From positions 3,695 to 67,694 of the forward strand of contig NZ_WAKW01000003.1 of assembly GCF_015523155.1 (NCBI RefSeq): a stretch of 64,000 nucleotides of DNA. Direction: 5' to 3'. The notes under the pieces were generated by a model. That model was not told where the DNA came from. It was given only the letters and a program-made list of their open reading frames with translations, and did not search any database. Source of the DNA: Methanothermococcus sp. (GTDB lineage Archaea; AGJL01; Methanococci; Methanococcales; Methanococcaceae). Both the position numbers and the translations under genes were made by a program. Below, piece after piece: positions 44,406-55,016 of this stretch (its first letter is position 1; each line of letters starts with the position of its first letter).

Positions 44406-44948
44406 TTAATACTTCCAAATTATAGAAAAATCCTTCAATGCGTTTTTTACTTTATCCTTATTACCTTCAATTATAATGGTATTATCCAATTCTTTACTGA
44501 ATTCAAAAATAACACCATACCATTCACTTAAATCACCCAATATTTCAGTTTGAAGTTCTTTATTTAATTTTATTCTTATAGATTCTATATTTTTTCTCTT
44601 TTTAACTTCTGTGTCGAAGGTGGTTTTTTTAAGTGGGAAAACTACATCAAGTTCATTCCTTATAGCCTTAGCCATTTTATCCAAATATTCTTTGGCGAGC
44701 TCATCATCACAAAGCCCAAAAAGTATCATCTGCACTTTTGAAATCTCTTTTTCAGCATCCCTCAAAACCTCAAAGGATGAATGGTCATCTAATAAATAAA
44801 ATGTAATTATATTATTTGCCAATCTTAATCTGAAAAAAGCTTCTTCTGGAACCATTTTTCCTTTACGGACTAATATAGATGCGAGCTCCGCTAAAACTAC
44901 CCACTGTTTATCTATTCCTCCTGCATTTTTCATATTACTGTTTTCCAT
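44406..44948 (-). CDS. Conserved hypothetical protein (DUF2096-like)
   Basis: IDKQWVVLAEL motif; family recalled, not searched. Confidence 0.6.
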   Translation of the reverse strand: MENSNMKNAGGIDKQWVVLAELASILVRKGKMVPEEAFFRLRLANNIITFYLLDDHSSFEVLRDAEKEISKVQMILFGLCDDELAKEYLDKMAKAIRNELDVVFPLKKTTFDTEVKKRKNIESIRIKLNKELQTEILGDLSEWYGVIFEFSKELDNTIIIEGNKDKVKNALKDFSIIWKY

Positions 44949-44981
44949 AATATCACTTTATAAAAATATTATAATTTTTTT

Positions 44982-45284
44982 CTATTTTTCCATTTTTTCG
45001 ATATATCTATTTAGTATTTCTTCTGAATCATGATTTAGTTTTGTACCTATTTTTTTTAATTTTGTTTTAATATATTCTATACTTTCCTTACCATCTATAA
45101 AAAAAGCCTGATAACTTGTGGTTCCAGATATATTAAGTATTGCTACAATATCATTGTTTTTCAGGTCTCTTTTATCAATATTCGCCCTCATTTTTATAAA
45201 ATCTGACATTTCACTTTTTAACCCCTCTTCAACGCTTATTATACTTATTAATTTTGCTGTAAATGTATTTGCATCGCATTCCAT
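44982..45284 (-). CDS. Conserved hypothetical protein (DUF749-like)
   Basis: FTAKLISI, ILNISGTTSY, LNHDSEEIL; family recalled, not searched. Confidence 0.6.
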   Translation of the reverse strand: MECDANTFTAKLISIISVEEGLKSEMSDFIKMRANIDKRDLKNNDIVAILNISGTTSYQAFFIDGKESIEYIKTKLKKIGTKLNHDSEEILNRYIEKMEK

Positions 45285-45311
45285 AACATCACCATTATTA
45301 ATTATTTTAAA

Positions 45312-46076
45312 TTAAATATTGAATAATTTTTTCGTGTTATTGTATATAATATTAACAATCTCATCATAGTTGTAGGTTCCATCATTCTTTTTTATATCGT
45401 ATATCTTTTCTACAACTTTTATTACATTTATTGGCTGGTTTTTTTCTCCCTTCACAGGAGATAAATATGGGCTATCCGTTTCAACCACAATATTTTCCAA
45501 GTCCAAATTTTTCACAAGTTCTTGATGATGATTGGAAAAACAAACAAGTGTGGATATGGAGATGTAATGATCGTCATCAATTAGTTCCTTTGCCAGCTCG
45601 ACATCACCACTATAACAGTGAAACATGGATATTACTCGGTTATTTATTAAATTGTAACATTCCCTTTCAAGACCTCTGCCGTGAATTATTACAGGTTTGT
45701 TTAATTCCTTGGCTAAATTTACAAATTTATCAAATATTTCCTTTTGACGATTTATATTTTGGACATTTACATCAAGCCCTATTTCACCAACCCCTAAAAT
45801 TTCTTTTTCATGCTCTTTTATTAAATTATATACTTTATCTACCACCTTATCATCTGCCCGCACATTGCCTGGATGAAAACCAAGGGTTAGATATATATTA
45901 TATTCTTTTTTAAATCCCAACGCCCTTCTACACCCTCCGAAACTTGCACCACTAGTTATCATCTCCACATTGTTGTTTTTTGCGAGCTCTATAATTTCGC
46001 TTCTATTTTTGTTAAATCCTTTATCTTCAATATGACAGTGGGCATCGATATATTTAGGTTTCACTTTTTTCACCAA
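45312..46076 (-). CDS. TatD-family hydrolase
   Basis: IDAHCH, GFHP, VGEIGLD, FHCYSG, ETDSPY. Confidence 0.9.
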   Translation of the reverse strand: MVKKVKPKYIDAHCHIEDKGFNKNRSEIIELAKNNNVEMITSGASFGGCRRALGFKKEYNIYLTLGFHPGNVRADDKVVDKVYNLIKEHEKEILGVGEIGLDVNVQNINRQKEIFDKFVNLAKELNKPVIIHGRGLERECYNLINNRVISMFHCYSGDVELAKELIDDDHYISISTLVCFSNHHQELVKNLDLENIVVETDSPYLSPVKGEKNQPINVIKVVEKIYDIKKNDGTYNYDEIVNIIYNNTKKLFNI

Positions 46077-46078
46077 AA

Positions 46079-46543
46079 TTATTTTTCTAGTTCTTTTAGC
46101 ATGAGTTCTTTTACCTTTTGTTCTTTATTTTTTGGAACATAAATTTTGAAATTTATAATTATTCTTATAATGTCATCGCCATCTACTAGTTTGCACTCTT
46201 TAAGATATGCCCTTTGCTTATCAAATCTTAAATAAATTTTGCTTTTTTCAATTCTTAAATCAATATCCTTTTTTAATTTAGTGATATTTTTCCCATTAGA
46301 TTTCATAAGTTGCATAATGTGATTAAATACTTTTTTAGCCATTTTGCTTTTATCTATTGTAATTTTATGGATAAAAATTGGATTTCCAAAACATCCCTCG
46401 GAATTTATCGTTTCAACCTCTAAATTTTCTTCATCAATATTTTCTGGTAAAAAATAGGCTATTGCTTCCAAAACTTTATCTTCATCCTCTGTGGCATGAG
46501 AAATTGAAGAGATAGATACACTATTTATTTCAATATTTTTCAT
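46079..46543 (-). CDS. Predicted RNA-binding protein (archaeal, exosome-associated family)
   Basis: HATEDEDKV, GCFGNPI, YLRFDKQ.AY. Confidence 0.7.
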   Translation of the reverse strand: MKNIEINSVSISSISHATEDEDKVLEAIAYFLPENIDEENLEVETINSEGCFGNPIFIHKITIDKSKMAKKVFNHIMQLMKSNGKNITKLKKDIDLRIEKSKIYLRFDKQRAYLKECKLVDGDDIIRIIINFKIYVPKNKEQKVKELMLKELEK

Positions 46544-46673
46544 ATTCCACCTTTAATTTAATTTATCTTTTTTAATTAAAATATTACTATATTAAAAGAT
46601 TATTATGTAATAGGTAATTTTTTTATTTTATATATATTTTTTTAATATTATTTATATAAATGTGTAATATCTT

Positions 46674-46709
46674 TACGACATGTGTCGTATAATAAAAAGA
46701 TTTATATAA
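46674..46709 (+). promoter_or_regulatory. por operon promoter with upstream perfect palindrome
   Basis: TACGACA-TG-TGTCGTA (46674-46689), then AAAAAGA BRE-like and TTTATATAA (46701-46709). Confidence 0.6.
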
Positions 46710-46811
46710 TATAGTTTATAATGATTAATAATGATGGTTAAAACTTTAATTAAAAATAATTTAATTAAAAATAATAATGATATTTAATTAATTATTATAT
46801 GAGGTGAAGTA

Positions 46812-47342
46812 ATGATTGAAATTAGATTTCATGGAAGGGGCGGTCAAGGAGCAGTTACTGCCGCTCAAATTTTAGCAAAAGCTGCTTTTTATGATGGTAA
46901 GTTTTCCCAAGCTTTTCCGTTTTTCGGTGTTGAAAGACGGGGAGCTCCTGTTATGGCTTTTACAAGAATTGATGATAAGAAAATAAGGTTGAGGAGTCAA
47001 ATATATGAGCCTGATTATGTTGTAGTTCAAGACCCAACACTTTTAGATACCATTGATGTTACGAGTGGTTTGAAAAAAGGTGGAAAAATTGTAATAAACA
47101 CGAATAAGGACATAAAATTGGAAGGTTATGATACCTATACAATTGATGCAACAGATGTGGCTCTTGAAGTGTTGGGGCTCCCTATTGTGAATACTGTTAT
47201 ATTGGGAGCATTTACTGGAGTTACGGGAGAAGTTACCATTGACTCACTTAAAAAGGCAATTATGGATACATTCCCAAAAAAACTCGGAGAAAAAAATGCA
47301 AAAGCTGCGGAAGTTGCATATAATATGATTAAAGAAGAATAA
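46812..47342 (+). CDS. porC: Pyruvate:ferredoxin oxidoreductase gamma subunit
   Basis: [24 protein letters not shown]. Confidence 0.92.
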
Positions 47343-47418
47343 ACATTATCTCCATATATTCTAAATATCTAAAAGATGTAATTAGTAAAAAAAGATTAAA
47401 ATTATGTAAGGTGATGGA

Positions 47419-47673
47419 ATGGTTACTGTTGGAACCATAATATACGAACCAGGAAATTCTACTAATAAAACAGGTAGTTGGAGGGTATTCAAGCCAATTA
47501 TGGATAAAGATAAATGCGTAATGTGTGAAAACTGCTTTATATTTTGTCCAGAAGGATGTATTAAGGAAAAAGATGGGAAATTTGAGATAGATTATGATTA
47601 CTGTAAGGGTTGCCTTATATGTGTAAATGAATGTCCTGTTAAAGCCATAAGTAGTATAAGAGAAGAAAAATAA
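47419..47673 (+). CDS. porD: Pyruvate:ferredoxin oxidoreductase delta subunit
   Basis: TGSWR..KP, two CxxCxxCxxxCP motifs. Confidence 0.92.
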   Translation: MVTVGTIIYEPGNSTNKTGSWRVFKPIMDKDKCVMCENCFIFCPEGCIKEKDGKFEIDYDYCKGCLICVNECPVKAISSIREEK

Positions 47674-47722
47674 ACTAAATATTTGCTTATTTATTAAATA
47701 TAGAAGAGAAGGTGGATAGATT

Positions 47723-48886
47723 ATGAGTAAAGTTAAAATTATCACTGGAACATCTGCTGCTGCGGAAGCTGCAAGGTTATGTGATGTAGATGTTATTTCA
47801 GCTTATCCGATAACTCCTCAGACAACATGTGTGGAAAAATTGGCAGAGTTTGTTGCAAATGGAGAGTTGGATGCAGAATTTATTAAGGTAGAAAGTGAGC
47901 ACTCAGCAATAAGTGCATGTATTGGGGCAAGTGCAACAGGTGCAAGAACTTTCACTGCAACATCATCTCAGGGATTGGCGTTAATGCATGAGGTATTGTT
48001 TATAGCATCAGGTATGAGATTGCCAATAGTTATGATGAATGCAAATAGGGCATTATCTGCTCCAATAAACATTTGGAATGACCAGCAGGATAGTATATCT
48101 CAGAGAGATACGGGATGGATTCAGATATATGCTGCGGATAACCAAGAAACATTGGATTCAATAATTCAGGCATTCAAAATTGCAGAGAATGAGAAGGTAT
48201 TATTACCAGTTATGGTTAATTTAGACGGGTTTATACTTACCCATACAGTTGAACCTGTGGAATTACCTGATGAAGAAGAAGTAAGGGATTTCGTAGGTAT
48301 TTATGAACCCAAACATGCATATTTAGACCCAGATAGACCAATAACCCAAGGACCTGTGGGTGTTCCAAGTTGCTATATGGAATCTAAATATAATGTCCAA
48401 AATGCAATGAATAATGCTGAAAAAGTTATAATGGATGTTAATGAAGAATTTGCAAAGAAATTTGGAAGAAAATACGGAAATGGATTAATAGAAACATACA
48501 ACATAGAAAATGCAGAAACTGTGCTTGTTGCCATGGGGTCAGTTTGTGGAACAATTAAAGAAGTTATTGATGATTTAAAACAGGAAGGAAAAGAATATGG
48601 TCTTTTAAGAATAAGGACATACAGACCATTGCCAATAAACCACATAAGGGAGGCATTAAAGAATGCTAAAAATATTGCCATCCTTGATAAGGATATAACC
48701 TTTGGAATGAATAAAGGTGCAGTATATACTGACTTAGCTGGTTTTTTAAAGGATAAAAAAACTACAAACTATATTGTTGGATTGGGTGGAAGAGATATAA
48801 GACAGGATGATATCAAAGAAATCATGAAACATGCTGAAAAGGCAGAGGATGGAGAAACCAAATGGATGGGATTAAAAGAACAATAA
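47723..48886 (+). CDS. porA: Pyruvate:ferredoxin oxidoreductase alpha subunit
   Basis: AYPITPQT, ESEHSA, TSSQGL, NRALSAP. Confidence 0.93.
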   Translation: MSKVKIITGTSAAAEAARLCDVDVISAYPITPQTTCVEKLAEFVANGELDAEFIKVESEHSAISACIGASATGARTFTATSSQGLALMHEVLFIASGMRLPIVMMNANRALSAPINIWNDQQDSISQRDTGWIQIYAADNQETLDSIIQAFKIAENEKVLLPVMVNLDGFILTHTVEPVELPDEEEVRDFVGIYEPKHAYLDPDRPITQGPVGVPSCYMESKYNVQNAMNNAEKVIMDVNEEFAKKFGRKYGNGLIETYNIENAETVLVAMGSVCGTIKEVIDDLKQEGKEYGLLRIRTYRPLPINHIREALKNAKNIAILDKDITFGMNKGAVYTDLAGFLKDKKTTNYIVGLGGRDIRQDDIKEIMKHAEKAEDGETKWMGLKEQ

Positions 48887-48945
48887 ATAAAAAATAAAAA
48901 ATAAAATAATTTAAAAATAATATATTATAAAATTTGGTGATAGAA

Positions 48946-49842
48946 ATGACTGAAAAACAATTTCCAAGAGAGGAATATTTAGCTTCTGGTCATAGAGGTT
49001 GTGCTGGGTGTGGAGCAGCAATTATCGTTAGGCAGGCATTAAAAGCTGCTGGAAAAGATACAATAGTAGTAAATGCCACAGGATGTTTAGAGGTTATGAC
49101 CACACCATATCCTGAAACAGCTTGGAGAGTTCCATGGATACATGTTGCTTTTGAAAATGCCGCAGCAGCTGCAAGTGGCGTAGAAAGAGCGATAAAGGTT
49201 TTACAGAGAAAGAGAAAAAAATATGCCAATAAAAAAATAAATGTAATAGCATTTGGTGGAGATGGAGGAACAGCAGACATTGGTTTCCAGGCATTAAGTG
49301 GTGCTATGGAAAGAGGGCACAACATGCTATATATAATGTATGACAACGAGGCATACATGAATACAGGTATTCAAAGAAGTAGTTCTACACCATTACTTGC
49401 ATCAACAACAACTTCTCCTGTGGGCACTGTCATAAAAGGGGAAGATAGGCCTAAAAAGGACATGGCCATGATTATAGCTGCACATGGTGTTCCTTATGTT
49501 GCTACAGCATGTTTGAGCTATCCTGAGGATTTCATGAATAAGGTTAAAAAAGCATGTGAAATAGAAGGTCCAGCATTTATTCATGCACTTCAACCCTGCA
49601 CTACTGGATGGAAATATGACCCGAAATATACTGTAAAAATAGGAAGATTGGCAGTAGAAACTGGTGTATTTCCACTTTATGAAATTAAAAATGGGGAATT
49701 TAAAATAACTTATAGACCTTTAAAAAGAAAGCCACTGAATGAATATGTAAAACTTCAGAAGAGATATAGACATTTAACAGATAAAGACATTGAAATGTTG
49801 CAAAAATACATAGATGAAAGATGCAAATTGTTGGGGTTATAA
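48946..49842 (+). CDS. porB: Pyruvate:ferredoxin oxidoreductase beta subunit
   Basis: [17 protein letters not shown] motif, [18 protein letters not shown]. Confidence 0.93.
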   Translation: MTEKQFPREEYLASGHRGCAGCGAAIIVRQALKAAGKDTIVVNATGCLEVMTTPYPETAWRVPWIHVAFENAAAAASGVERAIKVLQRKRKKYANKKINVIAFGGDGGTADIGFQALSGAMERGHNMLYIMYDNEAYMNTGIQRSSSTPLLASTTTSPVGTVIKGEDRPKKDMAMIIAAHGVPYVATACLSYPEDFMNKVKKACEIEGPAFIHALQPCTTGWKYDPKYTVKIGRLAVETGVFPLYEIKNGEFKITYRPLKRKPLNEYVKLQKRYRHLTDKDIEMLQKYIDERCKLLGL

Positions 49843-49863
49843 ATATATACTTAGGTGTTTATC

Positions 49864-50379
49864 ATGAAAAAAATAGTGATGATTAATGATAAATGTGATA
49901 ACTGTGGAGATTGTGTTAGGGCATGCATGGAACTTCATGGAATAAGTAGAATAGGTATATTGGAACATGAGGATAGATATTTGCCCGTAGTATGTCAGCA
50001 TTGTGCATCGGCACCTTGTAAAGAAGTATGTCCTGTTGAGGCTATTGAAAATAAGGATGGTGTTATTTACTTAGATGAATCTAAATGTATAGGTTGTGGA
50101 TTGTGTGCAATGGCTTGTCCGTTTGGTGCTATTTCTATGACCAATGTAGCCCATAAGTGTTCGTTATGTATAGAGCAGAATGATAAAGAATGTGCCTGTG
50201 TTAAAGCATGTTCTAAGAGATGTTTGGAGGTTATGGATATAAACAATATTATATTTGATAGAAGAACTAAAAATCTCGAAAATATATCCAAATTATACAC
50301 AAAATCAGATAGGAAAGAGGATTCAAACATACTGTCAAAAATAACGAGCTCGGCAAAAATAGGTAATCCACTAAATTAA
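49864..50379 (+). CDS. porE: 4Fe-4S polyferredoxin PorE
   Basis: Multiple CxxCxxCxxxC motifs; directly follows porB as in Methanococcus por operons. Confidence 0.75.
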   Translation: MKKIVMINDKCDNCGDCVRACMELHGISRIGILEHEDRYLPVVCQHCASAPCKEVCPVEAIENKDGVIYLDESKCIGCGLCAMACPFGAISMTNVAHKCSLCIEQNDKECACVKACSKRCLEVMDINNIIFDRRTKNLENISKLYTKSDRKEDSNILSKITSSAKIGNPLN

Positions 50380-50404
50380 TGTATATGATATTTTTGGTGA
50401 AATT

Positions 50405-50821
50405 ATGAAACTAATGCCCAATGTAAAACTCTGTGTAAGTTGTGGTAGATGTGAGAGGATATGTCCTTTAAACGGTATTTTCGTAGTGGATGGGATTCCC
50501 TTAAAATGTATGCATTGTGAAGATGCTCCATGTATGAAAGCATGTCCTGAAAATGCATTAATTCGTTTAAATGATAAAGTAGTAGTTGATAAAAAGAAAT
50601 GTATAGGTTGTGGAATTTGCATTGAGGCTTGTCCATTTGGAGCTATTAGAATGGATTACAATACAAAAACAATATTTAAATGCAATGGAGGTGCCAAAAA
50701 AGAGGTAGAATTATGCAAGATGGTATGTCCAACAGGAGCTCTTGATTACAGTGAAAACACAATAGAAAATAAACAAAAAGAGCTCATATCAAAACTTAAA
50801 AAAATATATTCTTACATTTAA
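50405..50821 (+). CDS. porF: 4Fe-4S polyferredoxin PorF
   Basis: CVSCGRCERICP, CMHC...C..ACP, CIGCGICIEACP. Confidence 0.75.
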   Translation: MKLMPNVKLCVSCGRCERICPLNGIFVVDGIPLKCMHCEDAPCMKACPENALIRLNDKVVVDKKKCIGCGICIEACPFGAIRMDYNTKTIFKCNGGAKKEVELCKMVCPTGALDYSENTIENKQKELISKLKKIYSYI

Positions 50822-50867
50822 TATTAATTTATATTAATTTCATCCCTATTCTGCCTTTTATCCTATT

Positions 50868-51368
50868 TTATTTTTGAAGTGGAATTAAATTAGGTTTTAT
50901 TAGGTTATTTTTAATTTCAATTTTCATAATGGTTTTAAGTGGAAATCTTGGAACTGTTGGGCTTCCGGGATTTAATAAAAGGATTTTTTTGTTTAATTCA
51001 GGTATTTCTATTTCTTTTATAAGTGGAATATGAGTATGCCCAGATATAAGAACATCCAAATCTTTTTCTAAGCTGTAATATTTCATCTTTAATAAATCCT
51101 CTCTGGGATAAATTATATCTCCGTGGATAATGCCTATTTTAAAGTTTTTAATGTTCAAAACTTTCTCCCTTGGAAGTTCGAGATAGTCCATATTTCCCTT
51201 AACTGCCATTACTTCCCCTATATCAGCTAATTCATCTAAAATAGATTTTGACGTTAGGTCTCCACAATGTATGATTAAATCTACATTCGAAAACTCATTA
51301 TAAACTTCCTTTGGTATTTTATCTGCTCTATCACCGATGTGAGTGTCTGAAATAACTCCTACAATCAA
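50868..51368 (-). CDS. Metallophosphoesterase (YfcE/Vps29-like)
   Basis: ISDTH, HCGD, KGNMD, IHG, SGHTH, LNPGS; TTG start after GGTGA. Confidence 0.88.
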   Translation of the reverse strand: MIVGVISDTHIGDRADKIPKEVYNEFSNVDLIIHCGDLTSKSILDELADIGEVMAVKGNMDYLELPREKVLNIKNFKIGIIHGDIIYPREDLLKMKYYSLEKDLDVLISGHTHIPLIKEIEIPELNKKILLLNPGSPTVPRFPLKTIMKIEIKNNLIKPNLIPLQK

Positions 51369-51603
51369 TTTATCACCTGCCACTTTTAAAACCAATAATC
51401 CTATAATCAATAATATGGTTGAAAATATAAAATAAATTTTGGATATATATAATGGTTAATAATAAAATAATAAAAATAAAATACTTACAAAATATATTCT
51501 TGGAAAATGTAAAAAAGCGTAATATCCATTATCTGCTGAATAGACTGCTTAAATCGATGATGATAGAACAATACAAAAAAAGCAAAAATTCTTTTAATAA
51601 AAA

Positions 51604-51911
51604 GTGGCTTCCTTGGGGTGGATATAAGCTCCTCCTGCCCATCTACCCCAAGTTCTGCTCGATTCCGCTACCCTGTGAGCGTCGGTGTCCCACCTACCGC
51701 TGCTCCCTTCCGGGCCTGACGGGGTTCGGTGGATTAAGGAGGTTTGCCCACTCCCTACAGAGTGGGTCCCTCCACCGCCTTACCCCACAGGACGAAATGT
51801 CAACACAGAACTTGGGAATGAGCAGGAAGATGCTCATACCGCCCCCAAGTTTTCGGCTCCCGCATGAGACGATTTCGGGTTACAGGGGACGCCTAACCCC
51901 CCAGCCTAGCC
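51604..51911 (-). ncRNA. ffs: Archaeal SRP (7S) RNA
   Basis: GC-rich island; minus strand contains helix-8 GTCAGGCCCGGAAGGGAGCAGC; upstream GAAAAG-TATATATA promoter; 3' end approximate. Confidence 0.92.
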
Positions 51912-52073
51912 AATCTATTTATTTATACTTAATGTATATATACTTTTCTGTTATTTAATACCTTTTAAATTTAATAAAAAATGTTAAATTTGATAAAAAG
52001 GAAAATATAAATATATGGTAATACAAAATGTTTTATATCTATTTTAAAGATTAAATTTATAAAGGAGGATAAT

Positions 52074-53168
52074 ATGAGATTGGTTAGCGAAGCCTTATCA
52101 AAGAACAATAATGAATTATACAATAAACAAATGTCAAAAGATGATTTTGGAAATGCCAGTATTATTGTAGTTGGATGTGGAGGTGCAGGAAACAATACAG
52201 TTCATAGACTTATGGAGATAGGAATTGAAGGTGCGGAAACCATAGCTTTAAACACTGATAAACAGCATTTAGAACATATAAATGCAGATAAAAAGATTTT
52301 AATTGGTTCCACATTAACAAGAGGGCTTGGAGCAGGAGGATACCCTGAAATTGGAAAAAAATCAGCTGAACTAGCAAAAAATGTATTGGAGGATGTTTTA
52401 AAAAATGCAGATTTAGTATTTATTACTGCGGGTATGGGTGGTGGAACAGGAACTGGCTCTGCACCTATTGTAGCTGAAATAGCAAAAGAAAATGGTGCAG
52501 TAGTTATTGGAATGGTCACATATCCTTTCAAAATAGAAAGAGCAAGGCTAAAAAAGGCTGATGAAGGTCTTGCAAGACTAACTGAAAGTTGTGATACAGT
52601 TATTGTGATTGACAATAACAGGCTTGTTGAGTTTGTTCCAAATTTACCTATAAATGAGGCATTTAAAGTTGCAGATGAAATAATAGCCCAGGCAGTTAAG
52701 GGTATTACTGAAACCATATCTAAAAAGAGTTTAATAAATATAGACTATGCCGATGTAAAGTCCATTATGACCGATGGTGGAGTAGCAATGATTGGTGTTG
52801 GTGAAGTAGATTATGAAACAAAAGGAGATAGGGTTGAAAAAGTTGTTAAGGATACATTAAGCTGTCCTCTTTTGGATGTAGATTATAAAGGTGCCACAGG
52901 AGCCTTAATACATATTACAGGGGGACCAGATTTAACACTTGGAGAGGCTAATAGAATAGGTGAAGGCATAACTGAAAATATGGAATCCAATGCAAATGTA
53001 ATATGGGGTGCGAGAATTGACCCCACTATGGAGGGCTGTATTAGGGTTATGACAATAATAACTGGTGTGAAATCTTCGAATATATATGGGGGAGGAGAAA
53101 CACCTAGAAGGATAATACCCAAACCTTCCCAAAAAAATAAATCTTTAGGTATTGACTATATTGTATAA
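52074..53168 (+). CDS. ftsZ: Cell division protein FtsZ
   Basis: [30 protein letters not shown]. Confidence 0.95.
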   Translation: MRLVSEALSKNNNELYNKQMSKDDFGNASIIVVGCGGAGNNTVHRLMEIGIEGAETIALNTDKQHLEHINADKKILIGSTLTRGLGAGGYPEIGKKSAELAKNVLEDVLKNADLVFITAGMGGGTGTGSAPIVAEIAKENGAVVIGMVTYPFKIERARLKKADEGLARLTESCDTVIVIDNNRLVEFVPNLPINEAFKVADEIIAQAVKGITETISKKSLINIDYADVKSIMTDGGVAMIGVGEVDYETKGDRVEKVVKDTLSCPLLDVDYKGATGALIHITGGPDLTLGEANRIGEGITENMESNANVIWGARIDPTMEGCIRVMTIITGVKSSNIYGGGETPRRIIPKPSQKNKSLGIDYIV

Positions 53169-53255
53169 AAAATACATTATTATTTTTTATTAATTATAAA
53201 TTTTTTTATATTATAATTTAATTAAAGACATAATAAAACTTATTTTTGTGAAACC

Positions 53256-53768
53256 ATGAAAGTACATGAGAGGCTTTTATTAAGCTTGGATTCGAATAAA
53301 TTCACAGATGAATTTAAAAAAATTCTATTGGAACTTAATATACCTTTAAAGGAGTTTTCTGACATATCCAAAATACCATACAGCACACTTTACAAAATAG
53401 TACAGGGGAGAGACTTTAGGGTATCTACTCTTAAAAAAATCATTGATACATTAAAAGAATTTGAAAAAGATAAAGATGAGATTGATAAAATAGCTGTGAT
53501 TGCGGCTAGACCTTCATTGGATAAAATAAAAACTAAAATTTTTTCTGTAAAAGGCAAAGATTATCTATTAAAAGAATATCCTGCAAATACATTAGAAGAT
53601 TGTATTACTGCATCCATACAGGCAGAAAGAGAAGGGGTCAAGGCGATAATTTGCGCTCCCATTGTAAGTTCGAGCATTGAAAAAGTTGTAAGGGTTCCTG
53701 TTGCCGTGGTCATACCTGAAAAGGATGCATTTATGAATGCCCTTGAAGTCGTTGTAAATAAAATATAA
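53256..53768 (+). CDS. HTH-domain transcriptional regulator
   Basis: LKEFSDISKIPYSTLYKIVQGRDFRVSTL HTH; AIICAPIV C-terminal domain. Confidence 0.75.
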   Translation: MKVHERLLLSLDSNKFTDEFKKILLELNIPLKEFSDISKIPYSTLYKIVQGRDFRVSTLKKIIDTLKEFEKDKDEIDKIAVIAARPSLDKIKTKIFSVKGKDYLLKEYPANTLEDCITASIQAEREGVKAIICAPIVSSSIEKVVRVPVAVVIPEKDAFMNALEVVVNKI

Positions 53769-53792
53769 ATAATTTTTTATTATTATAAATTT

Positions 53793-54983
53793 TTAAAATT
53801 TAATATTTTCGTATATTGTTTTCCACCTAACAAGTTGAAATCCCATTAAAGCTCCAATTGCTGAGGGTATGGCAAAGTCAAAACCAAATATTTCTGTGCA
53901 TAATATTGCAGAAGCCAGCGGGACATTTGCCATGGCAGATAGGCAGGTTGCTATACCCACCACCACAAATGGTATTATAACATGGGTTCCAATAAGTGTT
54001 CCAAAAAATGCCCCGGCACAGGCTCCAATAATAATAGAAGGCACTACAAGTCCTCCGGGGGTTCCAGTTCCAACTGTAAAAGAGGTAGTAAATATCTTAC
54101 TAAATAAAATAAATAGGAGCGTAATTGTTCCATATTTTAATGTTAAAAATTGATTCACCAAATCTGCACCCAAACCAAGGGATTGCGGAATGAAATATCC
54201 AATAAAAGCAACAATGCATCCACCTACAAACGATTTTAAATATTGGGGATAGGGTAGTTTATCGAAAAATACTCTTATATCATCAAATGTATGAATATAT
54301 AAATAGGATATTATACCACAAAATATAGCACAGAGAAATATAGTTGGAAAATCCAATATACTAATATGATAATTAAGTAGTGTGCTAAACAATCGCACCT
54401 GTTTAAACACCACAACATAAGATAGATATCCAAAAATACTGGCCATTATTGCTGGAAAGCAAGATATGTATTCAAATCCTTCTCTTTTTATAATCTCTGC
54501 TGCAAAAACAGCAGAACCTAATGGAGCACATAAATCCCCACTTATACCCCCTGCAATACCACTTATAAGCAATGCCTTTCTATTTCTTAACTTAAATTTT
54601 TTATATATAAAATCTGCAAAGGAGGAGCTGGCTTGAATAGAGGGCCCAACTTTTCCAGCGCTTCCGCCCATGCCTATTACAATACCAGATATAACTATTT
54701 TTAAAAATCCAATAAAGGGATTTAACAATATCTTTTTGTTATATGCGTTTAAGGTCCTATCTACCCCAGAACCTTTTAAATGTGGATATTTATCTACAAA
54801 ATAACCTGCAAAAGCCAATATAATTGGAATAGTGCATATATTGTTATTTGATATGGGGGATAAAAAACCAATAATCTTTGTGATGATTATGGAGCTAAGG
54901 CTCCCAACAACCCCTATCACAGCCGATATAATAGTCCATTTAAATATATGTTTAAATACATTAAACCCCTGTTTTCTATCCAT
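53793..54983 (-). CDS. ClC-family chloride channel/transporter
   Basis: GSGVD, GKVGP, APLGSAVFAAE, GTPGGLVVP, PLASAILCTE, C-terminal IY. Confidence 0.88.
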   Translation of the reverse strand: MDRKQGFNVFKHIFKWTIISAVIGVVGSLSSIIITKIIGFLSPISNNNICTIPIILAFAGYFVDKYPHLKGSGVDRTLNAYNKKILLNPFIGFLKIVISGIVIGMGGSAGKVGPSIQASSSFADFIYKKFKLRNRKALLISGIAGGISGDLCAPLGSAVFAAEIIKREGFEYISCFPAIMASIFGYLSYVVVFKQVRLFSTLLNYHISILDFPTIFLCAIFCGIISYLYIHTFDDIRVFFDKLPYPQYLKSFVGGCIVAFIGYFIPQSLGLGADLVNQFLTLKYGTITLLFILFSKIFTTSFTVGTGTPGGLVVPSIIIGACAGAFFGTLIGTHVIIPFVVVGIATCLSAMANVPLASAILCTEIFGFDFAIPSAIGALMGFQLVRWKTIYENIKF

Positions 54984-55016
54984 ATTATCCCTAAAAAAAA
55001 TAAAAAATATATTAAA

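Noticed and set aside
51452-51958. 168-aa minus-strand ORF (and 51685-51867)
   Set aside because: Created by the GC-rich SRP RNA; no protein features
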